A stretch of 64,000 nucleotides of DNA, taken from positions 26,294,401 through 26,358,400 of the forward strand of contig CM120641.1 of NCBI GenBank assembly GCA_051362555.1, in the 5' to 3' direction. The notes beneath the pieces were generated by a model. That model was not told where the DNA came from. It made no database searches and was given only the letters and a program-made list of their open reading frames with translations. Position numbers and translations under genes: made by a program. The stretch is from Lingula anatina. Lineage: Eukaryota; Animalia; Brachiopoda. How positions within the stretch are numbered: position 1 is the stretch's first letter; every line of letters starts with the position of its first letter. Positions 31,296 to 43,701 of the stretch are shown piece after piece.

Positions 31296-34200
31296 ATGTG
31301 TTTGCTTGAGATGGTTGAAACCAAGCTGATATGTCTTTACATGTAATCCGATTACGCATTTAGTATTTCTAATACACTCATTGATCTATCAAATCAGGGT
31401 TGTTTTAGTTCTCTGTTTTTCATATATACACTGAACCCTCTCTCTATATAAATATATCATCTCATAAAAACACTTCTGTGAGCAAGAGAAAGACAGATGC
31501 CTTTTTTTCTGTTGCTGTTTAATTTTTGTCATTTTACGTTGTGTTTTACTCAATATAATGGCCACATAAAATCAATAGAATGACACCAATGGCAGAAAAT
31601 GGGCCAAACTTTTTAACCTTTGTTGACCAAGGCCATCCTAGGTCGAGAAAATTACTCCAGGCTTTGTCGTTAATGTCACTTATTAATTAAGGCTTTCTCT
31701 TTTAGTTCTAAAGGTGTCAAAACAACTCCGTAACTATTTCAGAGACAACGAACACGTGTCTTTCAAGAAAGTGGTACTTGATCGTAAAATACCTACTTGG
31801 CAGAGAAACATATATGACATGCATACATTAGAAAATAGACAAAATATCTGCAGTGGTTTCGAATGTCGTCCACGTGGAGCCTTGATTCCCACATATGGTG
31901 GCAAGAATATATGCTATTTAAAACACACGTTTGGTGCATGAAACAAAAACACGCATGGCTTGTGATGAATATCAACCCTTCATAAAGAATGAATAAAGCG
32001 CAGGATGGATCGAAATAGTATTGAAGTAGCATAAATATCATACTCCGTGTACGTTTATTTGATATGTTTTATTTCCTTGTTTATTGAATGGCTGAATGAC
32101 TTACAACGTTTAATCTCATCCAAATAGATTTTTAAGATACGCAAGGATGGAATGTAAAAGTGTTGGCGTTAAATTATTATAAGAATCTTTTTACATGACG
32201 TAATGACGCTTTTATACTGTAAAACCACTGCAAAAGGTAAAGTGGACCGCCGTGATCAATTTAATATTTTATATGTTCATGTTAAGATCATCTACAATAA
32301 GAAAAAACACTAAAAAGAAGACTTTTAAGTTTAAAGTGTGGTTGCCTGTTAATTCCGTTAATTTGGAGCTATTGCATGTACGCGATATTATTAAAGCACT
32401 AAAGTTACCTAGAATTGCCGCTGAGGAAGAGAAGAGGATAGAAGAAAGGTATTCTGAAATGCCACGAGTTTTTAAAAATCTTCAAGGATTATAAAAGCTG
32501 TAACTTCAGGTTAAATAACATTTTGTCTTTAAACAGCTACTGCATACTTACTCAAGAGATGAAGATACTATTTTTAACGATGTGATTTTATTTACCACGT
32601 AAAGATTCAGATGAAAATAATCAAGTTATTCGATCCGCAATAAAATGGTAATGTGCATCTGAACCGAGAAATATGATTTTGCAAAATTTAGGTGGAATCA
32701 TATTTGATCAGTCGATGAGATAAAAGTTTTAAAAAAAATAAGTAAAGTCTTACATTAAGTGTAAAGAAATTCACAATTGCCTTTCACACAGATGACTCCC
32801 GTTTATTAAGGAGACAAAGCACACAAGTTGGGGTCATAACCATGACAGGGAAAGAATTGCGTAATCCACTGAAAAAGTATCATATTTTGCTGCTTATAAA
32901 AAAGGTCAGTCAAAGTTCAGCACAGCCATCTTGACAGAACCGACCATGAGACTTCCATTGTCATGTGTTAAAAAAAACGAGTCTTCCTATTATATTAACT
33001 ATGTCATTGACCTGTGCTAAGTGCTCTCGCCTGAATGTTTTACTACATACAATTGCCCACAGCTAGTGTGACTTTACCTAGGGAGAAATTATCGTTTTCG
33101 GAGGAACATGCACCTGTCTTTAGCCTAAGTGAGTGACTTGAGATGGTTTCCCTAAACTAAAGGCAGCGACTAACAAGCAAAAGGTTAGACGAGCTTCTAA
33201 TAACACAATTGGAGTGCATCGGTTCAAACCTTATATGAATCCGTCATAATAAAATTACTAAAAGTAGATAAAAGTCAATAAAGTGTAATTCTTTTGTAAA
33301 TAAAGATGTTATTCATTGACCTGAAATTGTTTTATGCCGTGATAATTTCTATTATTCTATTTTTCATAATTATTTATGCTGTTCATTTGTACAAACAACT
33401 CTGTTATTTCCCCTTTTTCTGTATTTTTCTCTTTTCTTGAAGATAATACCTGTCACTGATAAGTGAATAACTCTAAATTATTTTAAAACGAGAAAAGAGA
33501 AAGGGGGAAGAAAGGAGCCACGATCTGGGGTGTACATAACCTTCAAAACTAATATTATCAAAAAATTCCTCTTTTCCAATTTATAATAATTTAGCGAATC
33601 AAAAAAAAAAACTTGTTATGTTTAATTGCCTTTATATGTGTTAGGTATTAATATTTGGACGATTGTAAAATGTTAATTTTGCTTCGGTTGATATTGATAT
33701 TTTGATGACGTAGAACAATGCAATGAGATACAGTATGAAGCGATTTTCAAGCGAACTACGATAAGCTATATTTTTATCGCTATTAAATATGTGTGCTCAC
33801 TTTGAAATTGCTTATTTTATCGAATGGCAAAATAACTAGTGAAACATTAAATAGAATAGTGTTGTGCAATAAAAAAAATTAATTTCAGAAATTTATTATG
33901 AAGCAATGAACATAATTTTAGTTTTTAAGACCTTTTGTTTTATTGCCTCACTTCTCTGCAAACCATTAAAACCGTTTTACCATAGCTTCCGAATTTAAAT
34001 CTGATGCTGTTGCACTTTGTCAACTTTTCCAAATATTAAATCAACAAACAATTCCCTCGAGTCTACAGTATATAATGGCTAAACCTGTTAACTATCTGTC
34101 TTCTTGGAAATCTCGAACAGTCAACTAAGTTGATTTCATTTATGCTTAATGGAAATGTTGCTGAAAACCCCTTTACATCAAGGCTTATTTAATTCTTCTG

Positions 34201-34370
34201 ACCTTTAAATGGATTTCGCAAACAAATATCTTTTTGTTACTTGCTAATCAAGCGCTCTTGATATAAATATCTGTTCATCAACACGCCGGTTGCTAAAACA
34301 GTGATATTTGAACGTTATTTGATAGTTAGACATCACTTATATAAGAACTTTGTGCGATATGACTAGATGA

Positions 34371-34961
34371 ATTACATAATATAGTTACGTAATGTGGCAT
34401 AGGCAGCCGCGCCTTCGGGGTTTATTATTAGATATCTCTCAAGGTAGAAAAAGGGTCCAAAGAGGCTCGTTTATCAGATAAAAATCCATAGAAATCACTG
34501 CTCCGGGAAATCATCGAGCTGGTTAATTGGAAGTCCGGGAATTCTTAGACACATTGTTTAGTAAAGCGTGGCTGGAGGCGGTCATCGACGGTTAACTGAC
34601 CACCGAGAACTCTTGATGACCACTAATTATTGGTTCGTGTCAATGAAAAACAAAGAAATTAAAGAGGCTCCCCGTTGCATTGGTTCTATACGTTGAGACT
34701 GACCCGGTGGCCTTCGCCAGACACCAGTGACTGTTTGGGCACCTCTTTTTTAGCACATCCATTCGTGGTAAATAAATCAAATTTAATTGCATAAGACGGT
34801 AATCGACGAAAAATGCAACTTTTTGTTCATGTTTAAATGACTGACCCACGAGTGACCCTTTGCAGGACATGGGAGGCTTGCTGTCCCATCAACAACCCGT
34901 CTGACTCTGCCCTTTTCATCGTTTGCTGGCCAAAAAGTCATCTGCGCTCGGATTGCGTAAT
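34371..34961. promoter_or_regulatory. PAR/D-box cluster, candidate upstream enhancer
   Basis: Adjacent ATTACATAAT (34371) and GTTACGTAAT (34384); TTGCATAA at 34787; ATTGCGTAAT at 34952. Confidence 0.5.
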
Positions 34962-37900
34962 ATGATTGATGGTTTGCAATAGGCTGTCTAGCATCATTCC
35001 GTATCTCCCTTAGTATCTTATCGATCGATAAAAAATGCATAATCTAAAATGTCGACTGTAATAAGGAGAAAATTGGCACGATGGCGTTATTTGCTCACGA
35101 AATGGTGCATAATGGGAGAAATAATATCAGGCTTTGAACGACCAAGGTGCGTCAGTTTCATTTTACGATTCCATCGATAATTCATAAGATGCAATGGATG
35201 TGCAATCATAAAACTTAGGTTTACGTATATCTTGTTTTTCCCAAATATGTAATGCTAGCTCCATCCGGAGTTTTAAATATCTTAAGAGAAAGAGAGAGAA
35301 AGAGAGTGGGAAAGGGAGAGAGGCTGTTTCATCACTTATATTGAAATTGCGGCACGTTGACAAAAAGATTGGTAACAAGGGCAGCGAAAAGTTAACAACA
35401 GCCTTTGGATATTCTCGGTAGCCATGCTTTTCATGATCTAATTACTTTGTCAACATTTTTTTTTTCTGTTGATCCTCAAACCAAGATAAGTTCACTGGTA
35501 TGCCTACTGAACTGGTACTTGATAATACACGTGTTTGCTTTGGAAAAGTTACGCCACGCCTCAATATAAGCCTTACACCCAAATAACCTTCTGATCGTTC
35601 TGCCTTCTGCAAGACTTTGTGTATTTTCTGTTCTGACTGTATTTTGACTTTTACCACAAAGATGCCAAATAAGGTGTGCTAAAAATCTGAATACCATCGT
35701 TTGGTGGATAATAGTAGTGCCAATGTAGAGTCCAGGGTGTAGGGGATGACTTTTTTTTTTGGGGGGGGGGAGGGGGGAGGGGGGGGGCACTGGCGAGGAC
35801 ATAAGTTGATTTCAGAAAGGAATGTGCACATTTCCTGCATTCTTTGGAGCAAACTATCTGCAGGCTTACTGATGAACCTGGGGTGTTTCCACAATTAAGT
35901 GTCACTTTATTTGGTTATAAGAGAGAGCATTAATCAGAAATCATTATGTGGAAGGCAAAATCTGAGATCTGGGAATATCGGAGAAGACGAGGTCTAAATA
36001 TCTGAAAAGTACCTTTTTAATCGGGAGCTTTATCAGGTCTCTTATTTTCCTCCAAATTGTCTTCTCTAAAGTATCTTTTCCACAAGTGCCCAAAAAGTAG
36101 TATGTTTTAAAGTGGACATCTGTGCCTACACACTTCATTAGTAATTGATACCAGATTATCAATATTCCAAATCTCCAAACCATAGTTATGAGATGGACAA
36201 AGAATCAAGTGTCCAGAACTTCTGGGACTTATGATACCACTACTGTTGGAGCAGGTGTAAAACAAGGCAGCGGTCAACATCGGTCATTCGGTGGTCAGTC
36301 TGGCAGGGGCTAAGGGGTCATTGGGTCACCCCATTAAGTCTCACAATGATGCAACTCAATCATTCCCCGCCGTCGCATACCGTTTCGCCATCCAGATAAC
36401 CAGTGGTGGTCACTACGTGTTTCAGACGGGTTAAGTGGTCGCGAAAGATACGCCAAGGATTTCTGTAAACAAGACTCAAGAGGAAAAGATACTTTTCAGA
36501 TCGAAGAAGGAGAGACGTTTTTGGTCCGCCTTGTCAAGCCCCCCCCCCCCCTAACTTTCATTTGTATTTACAAAATTTTGAAATTTTTATGCGCTATATT
36601 TTTAACTTATATTTAAATCCTGCCTGTCATTTAGGTTGCTCAGAGCAATTTAATGATATAATATATGATGGTGCGCAACCACTTCACGAGAAGAACACTA
36701 TTACTAGTCCTGTTGACTCTTTTTCGTGTTGTGAAATATGCGGGTAGCTATTAACGTGAATAATACATTGCGAAGTATACCTAACGTAAGAAGAAAAATT
36801 AAATCTGGTCAAAATTGATTCTGCAATCATACATGTAGGTTTCTGTTTCGACACCCGCATTTTAATTAAAAATACATGATACTGCAATGTGCATTAAAAA
36901 CAGTGGGAATACTATTAAGCCATATCAATAACCGCAGGACATTAAAAAATGTCGGGAAGTTGAATTTGGTTGCTGTGATTTGGTTTATGTGGTGTCCACA
37001 CAATGAACTTGATTGTAACTTTCATTACGGACATTTGATACTAATATTATTACATAGGCTGTAACTGTCACCGGGTATGAACTACATGTTAGTGTTGTTG
37101 ATGAATTCCTGCTAGAAAACCACAAATATTATCTTTTACACCGATTACTCTTTATATGGCTGTTGGGAGGGCTCCCTCTTGTAGTATCAGATGAAGTTAA
37201 ATCACGAACAAAACTTGCTATTAAACACCGTGGAACAACCGAACTGGAAATATCTTATAAATCAAACAAATAGTAATACGAGTTGAAGTCATGTGGATGG
37301 TTTTCTTTCGCAATAGGTGAAGGGAAGTCACGTCTAGGCTTTGTCGGAAAGTCAGTTTTAATATGCAGCTGTTCTTGCTAGTTACATAAACCATAAAACA
37401 GAGTAAAACAGAACGTGTCTGCCTGAAAGTGTTCGTCCAGTTTAAACCTGACCCCGCGTCATTTCCTTCACTGCAGAGTCGACGAACCGTGCACCCTGCC
37501 CTTGGCCGAATAGGTTAAAAGAAGAGAAAGTGGAAAAGTCAATAACCGACGGGCTGTATGCCCAGGGGATATCCCGGTTGAACACAATTGTCAAAGGCGC
37601 CTTAAGCTTTCTAAATAAGTCCTGCGGTCCGATTTTAGTCAGCGTGATAAACTACTCCTTGGTCGAAGTATGAATGATACTTGGGTAATCAATATTATCA
37701 ATGAAGAAAGGAGAAGAAACGAGGGATTAGATGGACGAATAATAGAACTGTGCAAAGGCGGTACACATGCAGGTCTACGTATAGGCTACTGAAGTGTTGA
37801 TTCGAGCGTAGGGTTGTGAACTTGAGATTTGACTAAGGCTCGAAGAATCACGGTGGATTTCATCAAAAATTTCGTGCAGTTGAAAACTATATTGTGTCGG

Positions 37901-40249
37901 AATTATTCAAAATAAAGGAAATGAGTTAGAAAGAAAAAAAAGGCTCTGGAATGTTACCAAGTGCTTTTGTTGCACATAATCATATATGCACGCAACAACC
38001 CACGTTATTTTTCTTAGAAATACCCCAGCTATCATATTTAAATTCGATACATTATTTTCTTTTAATCTTAGATCGTGTCTGTAGCTGCTTTTGCTACTTA
38101 CGCTTGTCAGTTTCAACTCCGGGCTTTGGAATTGTGTGTTTCTTTTGCCGGTAATATAATACTCTTCGAAGGGCAAATTGCATATAATCTAAACAATTAA
38201 ATGCAGGAAAATGACATAACGCGGCAAGTTGCGTCATATCCTTCAATTGTGCAATATCAAAGGCAAGAGTGGAGTTAATCTACTTGCAGCATGCTTAGTA
38301 GACTTTTATTAATGACTCCGATCGAAACCCGGCATCCATATTGAACAGAACAATCGACTGAAGGGGAATTATGTCAAAATATCTATCTGCGGGCTGACGG
38401 TATCTTTCTTCCTTCCGAAGACTCAATAAGGGCATAAATTTTATTCTTAGATCACTTTTTAATGCAACGAATTAAATTAATTATTATTATTATCTTAATT
38501 TTGCTATCTGATCTGTTCGTTAGGGCCTGCACTTTCTTTTGGTTGCTGCTGTCGTTATAATTACCACCAGTAAATTTGCATTACGCTAAAAGCCGCAGTC
38601 TTTAGCTCTGCAAGCGTAATTCAATTAGAAAATCATATCTGAGCGATGTTCACGCAAAGTATTTCGTGTGTTTTGTTTTTGAAGCACCCCAGTGAATTCA
38701 AAGAAACGATAGTTCGGTTTTCTTCGTTAAAAACAGTGCATGAAATAACGGACCATTCACCAAAGTCGACCAGGTGCAGTACCAGAAATAGGGTGCGATA
38801 TGGAACATGGCCCTGGCGGATTACGTCACTCCGTGTTGCATAACCTGTCGGAAGAATGTGGGAGTTGATCTGGTGCTGAACTAATTATGCAACTGGCAAT
38901 TTAAGAAATACGATACGGTCTCCGAAGGAAAAAAAATAACAGCAAAGAATCGATTTATACCCCTTTTGAATGAGTTCGGCAGATAGAATTAAACATCTTG
39001 ATTAGCACCAGCTACATATAATCAAAATGAGATAACTTGCGAGACTGATGCACAATGATGACATGAAATCCAATATTCATCACTAAACCATCACACAAAA
39101 CATTCGTGTTGAATTTTCAATATATACAAGGCTGAGGATACCACAACGCTATACAAGCTTCACGGCGACCAAAATTTAAAAAAAAATGAAAAGCGACATT
39201 TGATGGTTTGATCTGAGTTGTTACATTCATTCGTTTGTTGTTATTTCAACTGATTTATGATCTAGCCCTTTCCTCTAATTGTGTAACAGTTGTTTTGCCG
39301 GTGCAACCCTTTCCTCTTTTTCTGATATAAGCGATGACACAGCGTAAACGCAACCGTTCAAGCGCCCCAGCTATACGAGGTGGTCTTTGTGTGAAATCAA
39401 CAGGAGGGTACCTTGTTAAAAAAAAATAAGAAGACAGACAGACAGACAGATAGATAGACAAGTGTCACAGGCAGACGGACACACGAATTCAGACTGGTTT
39501 GGTTGGCCCCGTATATTTATAGAGTGTTCATTTCAATTAAATTAATTCACTTGTTCAGGTATTTCTCCTAGCTTGATATAAGGAGAATTATACATGTATC
39601 ACATTGACCACAACTTTTGCCACAGACATAGCACCGGCAATTACACTTGGTCGGAATTTGTAAGGTGGCTTTTAATTACAGCTGGACATCAGCGATATCT
39701 CAAATTACGTGAGTTAATCTAATTATGATGACATTATGTCTGTCTGGCATCAATTTAAGGATTGCAACGAACCTTGTGCGACGGCGAAGGCATTGCAGTT
39801 GAACGATACGCCCGTAGAAATTAACGCTCAGACACACACACACACACACATATGAAGGAACTAGATAATGAAACATTTCATATCAAAATATAGGACTAAC
39901 AACTAAGTCTCCCTGGTGCACATAAAAAAATTAAAAAACGCAATTAAAATACGCGACAAAAATGCAACCGCACGAAAAAACTGTTTATTTCTTTTCGTTG
40001 CCTCCGATAAAGCCTATTTTACGGTACGGCAGGTGCACGAGCCCTTGGTCAGTAGTGTGTAAGTGAAGATCACTTTTCTTATCGTGTTGACGTAGTTCTT
40101 TCTAAACCATTTCAGGTACGAATTTATGGAATTTATAAACAGCCTATAGAGACTATTATAACTATTTGCCTTTACCCTGTCAATGTTTTCCCCCTTATGG
40201 ATGGCGCATATTATTATTAACTGGCCTAGCGCTATTTGTGTTTCGATAG

Positions 40250-40251
<2 letters not shown>

Positions 40252-40310
<59 letters not shown>
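40252..40310. repeat. Compound (TG)n(AG)n microsatellite
   Basis: Read directly. Similar simple repeats at ~2628-2660 (AG), ~43311-43355 (ATTT) and ~56537-56597 (CT then CA). Confidence 0.95.
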
Positions 40311-43300
40311 GGATAGCGAATGTACATGAATGACAAATTAAAAAATCCGTCCGTTATCAGTTACATTAGCATAAATTCTAGTTATAGAAAGTTAACTTCA
40401 GTAAACATATCTAAAAGCTATTTGACAAAACAACGACAATAAATAAAAAGGTCAAATTTTGTTTTCCAATGGAATGACTAGTAGACGTTCAGATTCTTCA
40501 CATTGATTTTTTGTTCCATTGCGCAGTGTGAACTCGTGTAGACTTGCGTGATAGATTTTAAATTTTCGTTCACAAAGTTCTCACGTCCAAGTCACGCAAC
40601 GACTTAAAGAACACCTAGATTGTTAGGCAATGCTGGATGCTCAGAGTAATCATATTTCTTTACTAATCGCTGGTGTGATTAATATCATTAAAAGTAATGA
40701 GAAAACCTGGACAGCTGGAGGAACGTAGCCCTCATTTGTTTCTTGGTCCTCGTGAGAAAAAAATGGCACGGAGTGTAAGGTGTTATGAAAGTCATAGCTT
40801 AGTTAGAGATAATAGGAATGGATCACTATGACGATATTTTCCAGCACTAAATAATAGAGGTAAACGAATGTTTAAATCAATGAACTTGTATGTCTCAGTG
40901 TTTTTTTCTTAATTCCTTCTCCAGCTTTTTTTTTCGGTTTGAGCTCGTAAGCGCGGAGCTGTACGTAAAATCCCCTTCGAACTCTCTAACTTAATTTAAC
41001 AAGTAGCCAGAGAAGGATACCGAAAATTTCGGCTCGTAAAGTGGTCTCAGCTGTGCTTGCCACAATTTGACTCCGCAGCGGTGTCATTATGCAACATCGC
41101 AGAGGAAGAAAACTTATGCAACTGTCCAGCTTGCCATTAGGTCATACTGCACGGCGTGTAAATATTGTAACCAAGAACCGTGTTTACAGACAGTCTGGGA
41201 ATTTACTTGCTTTAATTCCAAAATCAGACATGCTAAAAGGGGGGACGTGGCCGGATTCTGGTTTGAAAAACTTATAATCTTTAAGTCTTCTTCTAATCAA
41301 TGCAATGTAAAGCCTTCTTGTATCTGTAAGTAATGGGAATTAAGAAGGTGACATATTCTACAATGAAGGTATCCTTCAGCCTAAGTTGCTAGCGATAGTT
41401 ATTGATCATCATCTGACACAAAGTGTTTTCTTCGCATTGATTGAGTGATTGCTTTACAAAAAAAAAATGTTTATAGTATTCCATTGTGGCAGCCACTCCT
41501 CCAATGACTTGGCCTGCCGCACTATTTCATAATTCTGTTTTTGTAAAATTTCTGTCGAGGAAATGAGAGACAAAGCTTTCGTGTTGCCTTTCATTCTCAG
41601 TTTACAAATCTTCGTGGTCCCCACCGAGAGCTCCACGGTATGGTAGCACAATGTTGAATAACAGTTCGATAGTATGTTTGTTTCACCGCTTCCTCACCCC
41701 GCGTGATGTAATGAGATTATGAATATAAACGCTAAAAACAGATATCTTGCTGAGCCAGGCAACAATCTCTTCGAAAAGACATCACAAAGATACTATCAAT
41801 ACACCATGCTAAAGTATTTTCAATTTGATAACTTGTCACGTCATCGATGACGTAAATGGGTCAGAGGGTCCTGAAACATTGGCCCTAACCGAATAGGTTG
41901 CCGTCCAGCATTTTTTTAAAAATTATTTTTGCTTCAACTTTTTTGTTTTTCTTTTTTAAAGATAGCCAACTCACACAGTTTTTGCTTTTATGTTCAGTCA
42001 TATTTATATCGTATAATAGCACATTGTTGAGAAAATCTCAGACACACTAGGCCCCCAACAGCTTTCAAGAAGTCCACCGATGAAAGAATTTTTTTTCATT
42101 TTATTAAACTTATTCTTAAAATCATAGCTGCGGTGTAGTGCCAGGGGATGTTTAATAACGATCTTCTAAAACGATTTTAACTATATTAAAACACGGGAGC
42201 ATTGCCCGTATAAATACCCACAGGCCTACTTTCATTGGAAAAGCTGGGATGTGCTCGGCGGGCAGGAACTTTGCAGACGATCTCCCATGGAGAGTTACGT
42301 AAGATTGAGATAGGCTGATTGCGTAACCGGTAGGTGGAGCGACAAACGTACTACTGGATCTTTAATTTCTTTGCTGAAACAATTTTCTCCATCGAAAAGG
42401 AGAGAGGGAAATTTTATAAGAAACGTGCGTGCATTATGGTCAATGGGTTGAAAATTAATAACCATTCACGTCATTGCGTTATAGCTCAGCTTAAATAGGA
42501 CCTGCATTGAAAGCCAATCGTGCTGCCATGATTTTAATCCTGTTAGTGGTGTTATATCATAATGCGACCCTTTTCACTAGATCTAACTGCTAAAATTGAT
42601 CGTACCAGACAGACAGATGTTGTGCAACTTAATTCAGTGCAAACCGGTAAAGCACCTGACCGGCTCGTTTGCTTGTCACACCACACTACTACTCAACGCC
42701 AACTAGTGCAGCAGATGAATAACGCTGTGAGCAGGAATCGGTCTGCCTCTGGAAAAAAAAACTCTAGTGAATCTCTCTCCATTTACCTTCCCTTCTCTAA
42801 ACACTGAAAGCCGGACAGCATTTTGCAATAGGCCTATTGCCTGAGATACTACACGTGCTTCTACACGTACCTATCAATAACTGGTAAATATCAAGAACGT
42901 CCGTTGTCCAGCTAAAAGGTTCCAGGAAAGGGACTGAGGTAAGGCTGCACAAAAGAGTTAGCAGATCAGTTTAGGCCCCACCCCCACCCCCAATTCATGG
43001 CACCATTGATCTTCTAGTAAGTTAAATAAAAAAATCCAGCTCAGGGGTATATTCACCTACACTCAGCAGAGCTATTAGGGCCTATCTATTTAAAAAATTG
43101 AAATGCTGTTTTCTTTTTATGCTGGCCTAGGGTAAATTTTGGCTTGACCCCCATTGATAGGCTGCATGCAGAAGGCAAATAACAATTGAAGTTTGTAAAA
43201 AAAAAGGGGGGATGGTATTTTCACACACACCCTTTTTTGTAAGGGATGGTGTGTTTGAATAAGACCGATTGCAAATTCCTTTTTAAAAACTGCATAATCT

Positions 43301-43312
43301 TTTTGAGTCTAT

Positions 43313-43355
<43 letters not shown>

Positions 43356-43701
43356 TATTTTCAGATTGTCTGTCTTATCATGCTGGGATCTCTTGTCATT
43401 TATCATACATCCATCCACTCATACATTTATTTATTCATTCATCCATCCTGATTATTTTCAGCATTCGTTCGTTGTTGTCGTTTGTTCCTTCCCCACATCC
43501 TTCATTCACTCTGTCACCTACTGTTATACTCAAAAGGAGCGATTATTATTGACAAAATTTTTTTTATTGTAGTTTATAAAATTTATAGTTATATAATTAT
43601 ATTGCCTTTTTCGGTTCTTGGAAAGAGTGTCGGAAACAATCTTTTCTTGCATGCTCTTGTGACTAAAAAGACTCGATTGTGCACATCCGGATTCTTTCAA
43701 G

